DNA of 64,000 bases, from contig DASZUN010000070.1 in assembly GCA_035547615.1 (NCBI GenBank), forward strand, positions 11,511 through 75,510, in the 5' to 3' direction. The position numbers and the translations under genes are program-made. Positions 16,933 to 27,011 of the stretch are shown piece after piece (position 1 is the first letter of the stretch; every line of letters begins with the position of its first letter). The stretch is from Gemmatimonadaceae bacterium (GTDB lineage: Bacteria; Gemmatimonadota; Gemmatimonadetes; Gemmatimonadales; Gemmatimonadaceae). The notes below the pieces were generated by a model. The model saw only the letters and a list, made by a program, of their open reading frames with translations. It searched no databases and was not told where the DNA came from.

Positions 16933-16981
16933 ACGCAAGCAACCATTGGCGCCGGCCGATCAACGAGCTCACGTCTCATAC

Positions 16982-18586
16982 ATGTCCGCTTTCCTGACGT
17001 CCATCGGGTATCAGCACTGGGTCCTGCCCGCGCTGCTCGTGATCCCGCTCCTCGGCGCCCTCGCGATCTGGGCGCACGGCGCGGCGGCCACGGTGCCGAG
17101 CGGGGACGAGGTCGCGAGCGGCGCCGCCGGCGCGCCGCGCCTCTGGGCGCTCGTCACCTTCGCCGTCGAGTTCGTCGTCTCGCTCGGGCTCTGGTGGAGC
17201 TTCGATCCCGCCAACACCGGCTGGCAGTCCGTCGTCGACTGGTCGTGGATCCCGATGTGGGGGATCCGCTTCACGCTCGGCGTCGACGGCATCGCCGTGA
17301 TGATGGTGCTGCTCACCACGTTCATCATGCTCCTCGCGGTGGGCGGCAGCTGGACCAGCATCCGCACGCGCACCCACAGCTACTACGCGCTGCTCCTCGT
17401 GCTCACGGCGGGCATGCTCGGCGTGTTCCTCGCGCTCGATCTCTTCCTCTTCTACGTGATGTGGGAAGTGATGCTCGTGCCGATGTACTTCATCATCGGC
17501 ATCTGGGGCGGAGAGCGCCGCATCTACGCCAGCCTCAAGTTCTTCCTCTACACGATGGTCGGCTCGATGCTCATGCTGGCCGCGATCGTGTACCTCGGGC
17601 TCGCCGCGCGCGACCCCATGACGGGGCTGCCGAACTTCAACTACGACTGGGTCCTCCAGCACGCCCTCGTGGGCTCGGCGACGGCGAAGTGGCTCTTCGG
17701 CGCGTTCTTCCTCGCCTTCGCGGTGAAGGTGCCGATGTTCCCGTTCCACACGTGGCTGCCCGACGCGCACGTGGAGGCGCCGACCGCCGGCTCGGTGGTG
17801 CTGGCGAGCATCATGCTCAAGCTGGGGACGTTCGGCTTCATCCGCCTGGCCGTGCCGCTCTTCCCGGCGGCGGCGATGAGCCCGACCATCCGCTCGATCA
17901 TCCTCATTCTCGCGGTGATCGGCATCGTCTACGGCGCGCTCGTGTCGCTCGTGCAGCCCGACTTCAAGAAGCTCGTCGCGTACTCGTCGGTGAGCCACCT
18001 CGGGTTCGTGATGCTCGGCATCTTCGCGCTGACCGTGCAGAGCGTGCAGGGCGCGCTGATGGTGATGATCAACCACGGCATCTCGACGGGCGCGCTGTTC
18101 TTCCTCATCGGCATGATCTACGAGCGGCGGCACACGCGCCTGATCGACGCCTACGGCGGCATCGCGCGGGTGGTGCCGATGTTCGCGGCCCTGCTCACCA
18201 TCGTCACGTTCAGCAGCATCGGCGTGCCGGGCACGAATGGCTTCGTCGGCGAGTTCCTCGTGCTGCTCGGCGCCTTCCGCACCGAGCCGGTGCTCGCGCT
18301 CATCGCGACCACCGTCGTCATCATCGCCGCGGCGTACCTGCTCTGGGCGATTCAGCGCATCCTGTTCAATCCGCTCGACAAGCCGGAGAACGAGCACGTG
18401 CCCGATCTGAACAAGCGCGAGCTCGCGGTCATGCTGCCGCTGGTGGCGTGCATCGTGTGGCTGGGCGTGTATCCGGCGCCGGTGCTCAAGCGGATGCAGG
18501 GGGCCGCCGAGAAGTTCGTCACGACGGTCGACGCGCGGCGTGACGCGATGATCACCGCGCAGGCGGTCGAGGGGGTACAGCCGTGA
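16982..18586 (+). CDS. nuoM: NADH-quinone oxidoreductase subunit M
   Basis: Start taken at ATG 16982 (MSAFLTSIGYQHW...); the track ORF begins at TTG 16946. Contains KVPMFPFHTWLPDAHVEAPTAGSVVLA. Confidence 0.9.
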   Translation: MSAFLTSIGYQHWVLPALLVIPLLGALAIWAHGAAATVPSGDEVASGAAGAPRLWALVTFAVEFVVSLGLWWSFDPANTGWQSVVDWSWIPMWGIRFTLGVDGIAVMMVLLTTFIMLLAVGGSWTSIRTRTHSYYALLLVLTAGMLGVFLALDLFLFYVMWEVMLVPMYFIIGIWGGERRIYASLKFFLYTMVGSMLMLAAIVYLGLAARDPMTGLPNFNYDWVLQHALVGSATAKWLFGAFFLAFAVKVPMFPFHTWLPDAHVEAPTAGSVVLASIMLKLGTFGFIRLAVPLFPAAAMSPTIRSIILILAVIGIVYGALVSLVQPDFKKLVAYSSVSHLGFVMLGIFALTVQSVQGALMVMINHGISTGALFFLIGMIYERRHTRLIDAYGGIARVVPMFAALLTIVTFSSIGVPGTNGFVGEFLVLLGAFRTEPVLALIATTVVIIAAAYLLWAIQRILFNPLDKPENEHVPDLNKRELAVMLPLVACIVWLGVYPAPVLKRMQGAAEKFVTTVDARRDAMITAQAVEGVQP

Positions 18587-20166
18587 TCACGCCACTCGAC
18601 GTGACGGTGCCGTCGCAGCTCGCCCTTGCCATCGTGCCCGATCTCGTGCTGATGGGCGGCGCGATGATCCTGCTCCTCTGGGCGGCCATGCGCCCGGAGA
18701 GCGATGCGCACCAGCGCACGATCGGCATCGCCAGCATCATCCTGTCCGGCATCACGATGCTGCTCGTGCTCGCGTGGGCCAACCGGTTCGAGGCCGGCCC
18801 CGGTCCGATCGCGGTCGACAACTTCCGCTGGCTCGTCGACATCGTCGTGCTGCTCGGCACCGTGTTCGCGATCGCGCTGAGCATGGACGACAACATGCGC
18901 AACGGGATCCGCGCGGCCGAGTCGCACGTGCTGATCCTGCTCGCGTCGTCGGGCATGATGCTGCTCGCCGCGGCCCGCGACCTGGTGATCGTGTTCCTCG
19001 GCATCGAGCTGATGTCGATTTCGGTCTACGCGCTCGCCGGGCTCAATCGCCGCAGCGAGCGCTCGGCCGAGGGCGCGCTCAAGTACTTCCTGCTCGGCGC
19101 CTTCTCGACGGCGTTCCTGCTCTACGGCATCGCCCTCGTGTACGGCGCGACCGGGACCACCAACCTCCAGCTGATCGGCGGACGGGTGGCGATGTTCGCG
19201 CTCGCCCAGAGCCCGCTGCTCATCGCGGGCGTGGCCCTGATGCTGATCGGCTTCGGATTCAAGGTGGCGCTGGTCCCGTTCCACATGTGGGCGCCCGACG
19301 TGTACGACGGCGCGCCCTCGGCGGTGACGGCGTACATGGCCGCGAGCGTGAAGGCCGCGGCCTTCGCGGCGTTCATCCGCGTCTGGCTGGAGGCGTTCCC
19401 GTCGGCGTACCCGTCGTGGCACGGCGCGCTCGCCGGACTCGCGATCATCACGATGATCGTCGGCAACGCGATCGGCCTGCAGCAGCGGAACATCAAGCGC
19501 CTGCTCGCCTACTCGAGCATCGCGCACGCCGGCTACCTGATGGTGGCGATCGCCGCCGCGTCGTTCCAGGGCTCGTCGGCGATGCTGTTCTATCTGCTCG
19601 TGTACACGCTGGCGACGTTCGGCGCCTTCGCGGTGGTCGTCGCGTTGACGCGCGACGGACAGGAGGCCGTGATGCTCGACGATCTCACCGGTCTCTGGAG
19701 CGTGCGCCCGTGGCTCGCGCTCTCGATGGGCATTCTGATGCTGGCGCTGCTCGGCTTCCCGATCTTCGGCGGCGCCGGCTTCTTCGCCAAGTGGTACGTG
19801 CTCCAGGCGGCGCTCCAGGCGCCGGTCCGGCAGACCGCGCTCGCGGTGGTGCTCGTGCTCACGACGGTGGTGTCCGCGGGCTACTACCTGTACGTCGTGA
19901 TGCTCATGTTCATGCGGGCGCGTCCCGAGGGCATTCCTGCGCCGGAGCGCACCGGCGGACTGACGCGCATGGTTCTCGCAATCACGGTCGTCCTGATTCT
20001 CGTGCTCGGTGTGGTGCCGAACGGCGTCGCCAACCTGGCGCGCACGGGCCGCCCGCGGATCGACGTGCAGCCGACCATGACGGGCCTGCCGCAACGTCTG
20101 TCGACCGCGCCGCCCGATACGGCGCGTCGCGTGGCTGACGCTCGAGCGGCCGAGCCAAACCGCTAA
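18583..20166 (+). CDS. nuoN: NADH-quinone oxidoreductase subunit N
   Basis: GTG at 18583 overlaps the nuoM TGA. Contains KVALVPFHMWAPDVYDGAPSAVTAYMA. Confidence 0.88.
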   Translation: MITPLDVTVPSQLALAIVPDLVLMGGAMILLLWAAMRPESDAHQRTIGIASIILSGITMLLVLAWANRFEAGPGPIAVDNFRWLVDIVVLLGTVFAIALSMDDNMRNGIRAAESHVLILLASSGMMLLAAARDLVIVFLGIELMSISVYALAGLNRRSERSAEGALKYFLLGAFSTAFLLYGIALVYGATGTTNLQLIGGRVAMFALAQSPLLIAGVALMLIGFGFKVALVPFHMWAPDVYDGAPSAVTAYMAASVKAAAFAAFIRVWLEAFPSAYPSWHGALAGLAIITMIVGNAIGLQQRNIKRLLAYSSIAHAGYLMVAIAAASFQGSSAMLFYLLVYTLATFGAFAVVVALTRDGQEAVMLDDLTGLWSVRPWLALSMGILMLALLGFPIFGGAGFFAKWYVLQAALQAPVRQTALAVVLVLTTVVSAGYYLYVVMLMFMRARPEGIPAPERTGGLTRMVLAITVVLILVLGVVPNGVANLARTGRPRIDVQPTMTGLPQRLSTAPPDTARRVADARAAEPNR

Positions 20167-20170
20167 TCGC

Positions 20171-20200
20171 ACGGGGCCGCGTCGCGGCCCCGTCGTGTTT
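20171..20200 (+). terminator. Intrinsic-terminator-like hairpin after nuoN (acggggccgc-gtc-gcggccccgt, followed by cgtgTTT)
   Basis: 10-bp perfect GC stem starting 5 nt after the nuoN TAA, followed by a short T-run. Confidence 0.5.
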
Positions 20201-20212
20201 CAGAGGTCTCTG

Positions 20213-21580
20213 ATGAGCATCGCGGCAGGCATCTTCCGGCAGTACGACGTGCGCGGCATCGTCGGCAAGGATCTCACGACCGAGGCCGCGCGCGCGCTCG
20301 GACGCGCGTACGCGGCGTACGTCTCCAAGCGCGGCACGCGCGGCGCGATCGCCGTCGGCCGCGACAACCGGCCGAGCGGGCCCCAGCTTCGCGACGCGCT
20401 GGTCGACGGCCTCACGGCGGGCGGGCTCGACGTGATCGACATCGGCGTCGTTCCCACGCCGCTCGACTACTGGGCGCTGCACCACCTGCCGGTGGTCGGC
20501 GGGATCCAGATCACCGGCTCGCACAATCCGCCCGAGTACAACGGGTTCAAGCTTTCCGTGGGGACGTCGTCGCTGCACGGCGACGAGATTCAGAAGCTGT
20601 ATCAGCTCACGCAGCGCGGGCTGGGCGACGAGACGCGCGGCTCGGTGCGCGAGGAAGCGGTGATCGACCGGTACATCGACGACATCGTCCAGCGCATCGG
20701 ACCGTTGAAGCGCCGCATTCACGCGGTGTACGACTGCGGCAACGGCGCCGGCGCGCTCGTCGCGCCGAAGTTGTTCGAGCGGCTCGGGGTCACGGGACGC
20801 GGCCTGTTCTGCGAGAGCGATGGCACGTTCCCGAACCATCATCCCGATCCGACCGTCCCCGAGAACCTCGAGGACCTGATCGCCGCCGTGAAGCAGGACG
20901 GCGCCGAGATCGGTATCGCGTTCGACGGCGACGCCGATCGCATCGGCGTCGTCGACGGCGACGGCCACATCATCTGGGGCGATCGCGTGCTCATCCTGTA
21001 CGCGCGCGACGTGCTGGAGCGCACCGGGCGCGGGCAGCCGATCATCTTCGACGTGAAGTGCTCGCAGGCATTGCCGAGCGCGGTGGAGCAGGCGGGCGGC
21101 ACGCCCGTGATGTGGAAGACGGGACACTCGCTGATCAAGGACAAGATGCGTGAGATGCACGCGCCCGTCGCCGGCGAGATGTCCGGCCACATGTTCTTCA
21201 GCGAGGGCTTCTACGGCCACGACGACGCGCTCTACGGCGCCGCGCGGCTGCTGCGAATTCTCGCCGACTCGGGTCGCACCGTCGCCGAGATGCTCTCCGA
21301 CGTGCCCGATTTCGTCTCCACGCCCGAGCTGCGGATCGAGGTCCCGGAAGAGCTCAAGTTCGGCCTCGTCGACAAGGCGGTGAAGCACTTCCGGTCGCAG
21401 CACGACGTCATCGACGTCGACGGCGTGCGCGTGTTGTTCGGCGACGGATGGGGACTGATCCGCGCCTCCAACACGCAGCCGGTCATCGTCGCCCGCTACG
21501 AGGCGGCGACGCCGGAGCGCCTCCAGCAGATTCGCGGTGAGATGGAGGCGTGGCTCCGCGCGCAGGGTGTGAGCGTGTGA
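20213..21580 (+). CDS. Phosphomannomutase / phosphoglucomutase (alpha-D-phosphohexomutase)
   Basis: The active-site loop TGSHNPPEYNGFK is of the PMM/PGM type rather than the GlmM SASHNP type. Metal loop FDGDADR is present. Start taken at ATG 20213 after the terminator hairpin; the track ORF starts at GTG 20195. Confidence 0.88.
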   Translation: MSIAAGIFRQYDVRGIVGKDLTTEAARALGRAYAAYVSKRGTRGAIAVGRDNRPSGPQLRDALVDGLTAGGLDVIDIGVVPTPLDYWALHHLPVVGGIQITGSHNPPEYNGFKLSVGTSSLHGDEIQKLYQLTQRGLGDETRGSVREEAVIDRYIDDIVQRIGPLKRRIHAVYDCGNGAGALVAPKLFERLGVTGRGLFCESDGTFPNHHPDPTVPENLEDLIAAVKQDGAEIGIAFDGDADRIGVVDGDGHIIWGDRVLILYARDVLERTGRGQPIIFDVKCSQALPSAVEQAGGTPVMWKTGHSLIKDKMREMHAPVAGEMSGHMFFSEGFYGHDDALYGAARLLRILADSGRTVAEMLSDVPDFVSTPELRIEVPEELKFGLVDKAVKHFRSQHDVIDVDGVRVLFGDGWGLIRASNTQPVIVARYEAATPERLQQIRGEMEAWLRAQGVSV

Positions 21581-21581
21581 C

Positions 21582-24032
21582 ATGAGGACGCGGCGGTGGC
21601 TCATGCTCGTGCTCGCGGCCGCCGCGGTCCTGCTCGTCCTCGGCCGGGTCGTCGCCGGCACGTACGCAGACTATCTCTGGTACGAGTCGCTGGGTGCGGC
21701 GGCGCTCTGGCGCACGCGTATCACGGCGCTCACGACACTGCGGCTCGGATTCGCCGCCGCCGCGGCGCTGTTCGCGTTTCTGAACCTGTACGCGGTGCGG
21801 CAATCCGTCGTGTCGCTCGTCTTTCCGCGCCGACTCGGCAATCTCGAGATCGGCGAGGAAGTCCCGGGCCGATCGCTGCTCGCCGTCGCGATCGGGTTGT
21901 CGCTCGTCATCGCGCTGCTGCTCGCCCTCCCCGAGGGCGACTGGATCGCGTTCGAGCTCGCGCGATCCGGCCACGTGTTCGCCGAGCTGGATCCGTACTT
22001 CGGCGCCGACCTCGGCTTCTTCGTGTACTGGCTGCCGTTCGAGGCGGAGCTCTGGAGCTGGATGTTCAGCTGCGTGGCGGTCGTGTCGATCACGGTCGTG
22101 CTGCTGTACGCGCTGACGCCGAGCCTGCGCTGGCAGCGGGGAACGCTGTACGTCTCCAGCTACGTGCGGCGCCACTTCACGGTGCTCATCGGCGTGTTCG
22201 TCCTGCTCCTCGCATGGAGCTTCCGCCTCGAGATGTACTCGCTGCTCGCGAACGGGAGCGGCGCCGGCGGCGCGTTCACCTACGTCGACCATCGCGTCGG
22301 CGTGCCGGGCGACCTGCTGCTCGCGCTGGTCGCGCTCGGCGCGGCCCTCATCGTGATCTGGGCGGGGTTCGTCGGGCAGTTCCGGCTGGCGGGCATCTCC
22401 GTGCTTGCCCTGGTGGTACTCGCGCTGGTCGTGCGCGAGGTCGCGCCGCTCGTCGTCGATCACTCCGGCACGGACGCCGAGCGGGCGCAGCGCGAGCAGC
22501 CGTACCTCGGCACCCGCGCCACGTACTCGCGGCGCGCCTACGGCGTCGACGCGATCGTCGCCGCGGATTCGACGATGGCCTATCCGTCGGTCAACGCGGC
22601 GCTGCCGTACGTCTCGATCTGGGATCCGCCGGCGCTCGCCGCCGCCATCGACCCGGATCGGGCGCCCGAGGACCGGGTATCGCGCATCGCCTGGCGTGCG
22701 CTGCCGTCGGCGCTCGCCGCCGAGGTGGTGGACCCGCCGCCGGCCGGCGCCCCGGAGCGCGCGCCCTGGACGATGTCCGGGGTGCTCGCCGCGGGTGCCG
22801 ACGACAGGGGGGCGCCGCTGCGGCTGGCGGACGCGATCACCGGCACCAACGACGAGGAAGCGCTCGAGGCGCCGCTCGTCTATCCCGGCGCGACCACGGT
22901 CGCGGTGATCGCCGACTCGCTGCGGCGCGTGGTCGGAGTGCCGCTCGAGTCCTTCGCATCGCGCTTCACCAACGCGTGGACCTGGCAGAACTTTTCGATT
23001 CTGTCATCAGAGCTTCCTCAACCGCACCCGACGATCCTCACGCATCGCGACGTCCGCGATCGCGTCGACAAGTTCGTGCCGTTCTTCACCCAGGGGCGCC
23101 GCGTGCAGCCGTTGCTGCTCGGGGATTCGCTCTACTGGGCCGTCGACCTCTACGCGACCTCGGGCGATTACCCGCTCAGCCGCCACGTGGAGATGATGGG
23201 CGAGACCCGGAGCTACGTGCACCACGCGGGCGTTGCCATCGTGCAGGGATCCACCGGCGACGTGTCCGTGGTGCCGGATTCGGTGCTGGATCCGATCGCG
23301 CAGACATGGGTGCAGCGGCTGCCGTCGGTGTTCACGTCGTGGACGGCGCTCCCGAGCGGGCTTCGCGAGCAGCTCGCGCCGGCGATCGACGGGCTCTACG
23401 CGCAGGCCGCGGCGTTCGGCCAATTCGGATCGCGGACCGGCGGCGAGCCCCAGCGGCGCGTCCCGGTCCTCGACGGCGCCGATACGCTCCTCGCGGGCGA
23501 CGACGTGCCGCTCGCGCTGCCGGTGCGCGGCACGACGGCGCTCGTGCTGCCGATGATCGACGACAGCGATCGGCTGCGCGGATTGCTCATCGGCACCGGC
23601 GGCGCGAATCCGCTCACCGCGTGGGCGCCGCTCGCGGCCCCGGGCGCGCGCTGGAGCGCGGTGATCGATCGCCTTCGTTCGATCGACAGCACCGGCGGCG
23701 GCAGCCGCGAGGGGCCGCTCGCGCACGGCCGCATCCGCACCATCCCGCTGCGCGGCGGCGCCGCGTTCGTGATGCCGACCTACCGCTGGCGCGCCGAAGG
23801 CACGCCGACATTGAGCCGCGTCGCCGTGCTCGCGGGCGACAGCGTACGCCCCATCGTCCCCAACGCCGCGATCCTCCGCGCAATCACCGGCATGCCGGCG
23901 ATCGGGCCAGCGCCGTCGCTGAGTGCGCTGTATCAGGCCATGCGCGACGCGCTGCGCCGCGGCGACTGGGCCGCATTTGGACATGCGTTCGACGCGCTGG
24001 GAAAGGCGATCGAGCGGAGGACGCGACCATGA
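21582..24032 (+). CDS. UPF0182 family large membrane protein
   Basis: 816 aa. About 7 N-terminal TM helices with the YADYLWYESLG motif, followed by a large extracytoplasmic domain. This architecture is typical of UPF0182/COG1615. Confidence 0.75.
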   Translation: MRTRRWLMLVLAAAAVLLVLGRVVAGTYADYLWYESLGAAALWRTRITALTTLRLGFAAAAALFAFLNLYAVRQSVVSLVFPRRLGNLEIGEEVPGRSLLAVAIGLSLVIALLLALPEGDWIAFELARSGHVFAELDPYFGADLGFFVYWLPFEAELWSWMFSCVAVVSITVVLLYALTPSLRWQRGTLYVSSYVRRHFTVLIGVFVLLLAWSFRLEMYSLLANGSGAGGAFTYVDHRVGVPGDLLLALVALGAALIVIWAGFVGQFRLAGISVLALVVLALVVREVAPLVVDHSGTDAERAQREQPYLGTRATYSRRAYGVDAIVAADSTMAYPSVNAALPYVSIWDPPALAAAIDPDRAPEDRVSRIAWRALPSALAAEVVDPPPAGAPERAPWTMSGVLAAGADDRGAPLRLADAITGTNDEEALEAPLVYPGATTVAVIADSLRRVVGVPLESFASRFTNAWTWQNFSILSSELPQPHPTILTHRDVRDRVDKFVPFFTQGRRVQPLLLGDSLYWAVDLYATSGDYPLSRHVEMMGETRSYVHHAGVAIVQGSTGDVSVVPDSVLDPIAQTWVQRLPSVFTSWTALPSGLREQLAPAIDGLYAQAAAFGQFGSRTGGEPQRRVPVLDGADTLLAGDDVPLALPVRGTTALVLPMIDDSDRLRGLLIGTGGANPLTAWAPLAAPGARWSAVIDRLRSIDSTGGGSREGPLAHGRIRTIPLRGGAAFVMPTYRWRAEGTPTLSRVAVLAGDSVRPIVPNAAILRAITGMPAIGPAPSLSALYQAMRDALRRGDWAAFGHAFDALGKAIERRTRP

Positions 24033-25006
24033 TCGCGGATCGCGAGCACCGTCACGAACGGACGGCCGTGGTCGCACTCGGCGGCAACGCGCTCGCCCCG
24101 TCGGGCGAGGCGTCGACCATCTACGATCAGTTCCGGCACACGCGCGAGAGCCTCGGCTCGATCGTCGAGCTGGCCCTCGCCGGGTGGAGCGTGTGCGTCG
24201 TGCACGGGAACGGGCCGCAGGTCGGCGACGAGCTCGTGCGCAACGAGGTGGCCCGCGGGCAGGCGTCCCCGCTGCCGCTCGGCGTGCTCGTGGCCGCGAC
24301 AGCGGGCTGGATCGGGTATATGATTCAGCAGTCGCTGGAGAACGCGCTGCGGCGCGCCGGCAGCCCCCGGAGTGTGGCGACGGTGATCACGCAGGTGCAG
24401 GTCGATCCCGCCGATCCCGCGCTTCGGCACCCGACGAAGTTCATCGGCCGCGAGCTGTCGCCCGAGCGGGCACGCCAGCTCGAAGCCGAGGGACATGTGG
24501 TACACGCCGACGGACATGGTAAGTTGCGACGTGTCGTCGGCAGTCCGGCGCCGCGGGGAATCCGCGAGCTGCCGGCGATCAAGACGCTCGTGGAAGCCGG
24601 CATGCTGGTCGTCGCCTGTGGCGGTGGCGGCGCGCCCGTGTACGAGCATCCCACGCTGGGCTGGGAAGGCATCGACGCCGTGGTGGACAAGGATCTCGCC
24701 GCCGCGGTGCTGGCGCGTGACGTCGGTGCCGAGTTGTTGTTGATTTTGACGGACGTCGACGCGGTCTACGCCGACTGGGGCACGCCGAACAAGCGCGCGC
24801 TCCGCCGGCTGACGACCGACGAGGCGGAACGGATGGACCGGGAGCAGGCCTTCGGCGAAGGCAGCATGGCGCCGAAGATCCGTGCGGCGATCGAATTCGT
24901 GCGCCGCACGGGAGGACGGGCAATCATCACTTCGCTCGCCAACGGCCAGGCGGCCGTCCACGGCGACGCTGGAACGACGATAATCGCAACCGCGGAGAGC
25001 GCGTGA
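24029..25006 (+). CDS. arcC: Carbamate kinase
   Basis: ATG at 24029 overlaps the UPF0182 TGA. Contains VALGGNAL, HGNGPQVG, GGGGAPV and VVDKDLAAA. Only the last 325 codons of run-on ORF 21596..25006 are protein-like. Confidence 0.85.
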   Translation: MIADREHRHERTAVVALGGNALAPSGEASTIYDQFRHTRESLGSIVELALAGWSVCVVHGNGPQVGDELVRNEVARGQASPLPLGVLVAATAGWIGYMIQQSLENALRRAGSPRSVATVITQVQVDPADPALRHPTKFIGRELSPERARQLEAEGHVVHADGHGKLRRVVGSPAPRGIRELPAIKTLVEAGMLVVACGGGGAPVYEHPTLGWEGIDAVVDKDLAAAVLARDVGAELLLILTDVDAVYADWGTPNKRALRRLTTDEAERMDREQAFGEGSMAPKIRAAIEFVRRTGGRAIITSLANGQAAVHGDAGTTIIATAESA

Positions 25007-26142
25007 ACATTCACGAGTATCAGGCGAAGGACATCCTTCGAAAGGAAGGCGTGCCGATTCCGCCCGGAGACGTCGCGACGACGCCGGAGGAAGCGGAGAA
25101 CATCGCGAAGCAGTACGGCGGCACGGTGGTGGTGAAGGCGCAGGTGCACGCCGGGGGCCGCGGCAAGGCGGGCGGCGTGAAGCTCGCCAAATCCCCCGCC
25201 GAAGCGAAGGAGCTCGCGAGCAAGATTCTCGGCATGCAGATCAAGGGCCTCACGGTGCAGAAGGTGCTCGTGACGCCGGCCGCCGACATCGCGAGCGAAG
25301 CGTACGTCGGCATCATCCTCGACCGCGCGTCGAAGAAGCCGGTGTTCATGGTGAGCCCGGCCGGCGGCATCGACATCGAGGAGGTGGCCGCCACGACGCC
25401 TGAGAAGATTCTCAAGCTGCCGATCGACACGCGCTACGGGCTGCAGCCGTACCAGGCGATGCGCCTCGGGTTCTTCCTGTTCGACGACGTGAAGAAGGTG
25501 CGCCAGGCGGCGAAGATCATGCAGCAGCTGTACGCCGCGTTCATGAAGGCCGGCTGCTCGCTCGCCGAGATCAATCCGCTGGTGACGACGCCGGCCGGCG
25601 ACGTCGTGGCGCTCGACGCCAAGATGGTGATCGACGACAACGAGCTCGATCGCCATGCGGACATCGCCGCGCTGCGCGACGAGAGCGCCGAGGCGCCGAG
25701 CGAGGTGCAGGCGCGCAACGCCAACCTCACGTTCATCAAGCTCGACGGCGACGTGGGCTGTGTGGTGAACGGCGCCGGTCTCGCGATGGCGACGATGGAC
25801 CTCGTGAAGTACTACGGCGGCGAGCCCGCGAACTTCCTCGACATCGGCGGTTCGTCGAACCCCGAGAAGGTCGTGAACGCGCTCAAGATCATCACCGCCG
25901 ATCCGAATGTGAAGGCGATCCTGTTCAACATCTTCGGCGGCATCACGCGCACCGACGACGTGGCGAACGGCATCGTCACCGCCACGAAACAGAACCCGCT
26001 CAAGGTGCCGATCGTCATTCGGCTCACGGGCACGAACGAAGAGATCGCGATGAAGATTCTGCAGGAGAACGGATTCTCGGCGTCGTCGGACATGGACGAG
26101 GCGGTGAAGAAGGCGGTCGAGCTCGCGAAGGAGGCGGCATGA
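25003..26142 (+). CDS. sucC: Succinyl-CoA synthetase beta subunit
   Basis: N-terminus [20 protein letters not shown] (GTG start overlapping the arcC stop), followed by a full-length SucC pattern. Confidence 0.95.
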   Translation: MNIHEYQAKDILRKEGVPIPPGDVATTPEEAENIAKQYGGTVVVKAQVHAGGRGKAGGVKLAKSPAEAKELASKILGMQIKGLTVQKVLVTPAADIASEAYVGIILDRASKKPVFMVSPAGGIDIEEVAATTPEKILKLPIDTRYGLQPYQAMRLGFFLFDDVKKVRQAAKIMQQLYAAFMKAGCSLAEINPLVTTPAGDVVALDAKMVIDDNELDRHADIAALRDESAEAPSEVQARNANLTFIKLDGDVGCVVNGAGLAMATMDLVKYYGGEPANFLDIGGSSNPEKVVNALKIITADPNVKAILFNIFGGITRTDDVANGIVTATKQNPLKVPIVIRLTGTNEEIAMKILQENGFSASSDMDEAVKKAVELAKEAA

Positions 26143-27008
26143 GCATCTTCATCGACGAGAACACGACGCTCCTCGTGCAGGGCATCACGGGCCGCGACGG
26201 CTCGTTCCACACCAAGCAGATGATGGAGTACGGCACCAAGGTCGTCGCCGGCGTCACGCCGGGGAAGGGCGGCCAGCAGTTCGAGAACACCGTGCCGATC
26301 TTCAACACCGTCGCCGATGCGGTCGCCGCGACGAAGGCCAACACGTCGGTGATCTACGTGCCGCCGATGTTCGCCGCCGACGCGATCATGGAAGCGGCCG
26401 ACGCGGGCGTGAAGCTCATCGTGGCGATCACGGAAGGCGTGCCGGTGCTCGACATGACACGCGTGTACCCCTACGTGAAGGAAAAGGGCGCGCGCCTCAT
26501 CGGGCCGAACTGCCCCGGGCTCATCACGCCGGGCAAGTCCAAGGTCGGGATCATTCCGGGGCGCATCTGCACGCCGGGCAATATCGGCGTCGTCAGCCGT
26601 TCCGGAACTCTAACCTACGAAGTGGTATATCAACTTACTCGTGCCGGCCTGGGCCAGTCGACGTGCGTCGGCATCGGCGGCGACCCGATCAACGGCACGA
26701 ACTTCATCGACTGTCGGGCGGCGTTCGAGGCGGACCCGCAGACGAAAGCCGTCGCGATGATGGGCGAGATCGGCGGGACGGACGAGCAGGAAGCTGCCGC
26801 GTTCATCAAGCAGCACATGACGAAGCCGGTCGTCGGCTTCATCGCCGGCCAGACCGCGCCGCCGGGCCGCCGCATGGGCCACGCCGGTGCGATCATCTCC
26901 GGCTCCTCGGGGACGGCCGCGGAGAAGATCCAGGCGTTCCAGGACGCCGGGATGGGCGTCGCCAAGCGGCCGATGGATTTCGTCGAGCTGCTCAAGGCTC
27001 GCTTGTAG
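26139..27008 (+). CDS. sucD: Succinyl-CoA synthetase alpha subunit
   Basis: Contains SRSGTLTYE and the phospho-His loop [14 protein letters not shown] overlap with sucC. Confidence 0.95.
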   Translation: MSIFIDENTTLLVQGITGRDGSFHTKQMMEYGTKVVAGVTPGKGGQQFENTVPIFNTVADAVAATKANTSVIYVPPMFAADAIMEAADAGVKLIVAITEGVPVLDMTRVYPYVKEKGARLIGPNCPGLITPGKSKVGIIPGRICTPGNIGVVSRSGTLTYEVVYQLTRAGLGQSTCVGIGGDPINGTNFIDCRAAFEADPQTKAVAMMGEIGGTDEQEAAAFIKQHMTKPVVGFIAGQTAPPGRRMGHAGAIISGSSGTAAEKIQAFQDAGMGVAKRPMDFVELLKARL

Positions 27009-27011
27009 CAG

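Noticed and set aside
21596-24028. The upstream 811 codons of the 1136-aa ORF 21596..25006, suggesting a giant fusion protein.
   Set aside because: Only the last 325 codons (from ATG 24029) look like a real protein, which is carbamate kinase. The upstream part is an R/A/G-rich alternate frame of the UPF0182 gene.
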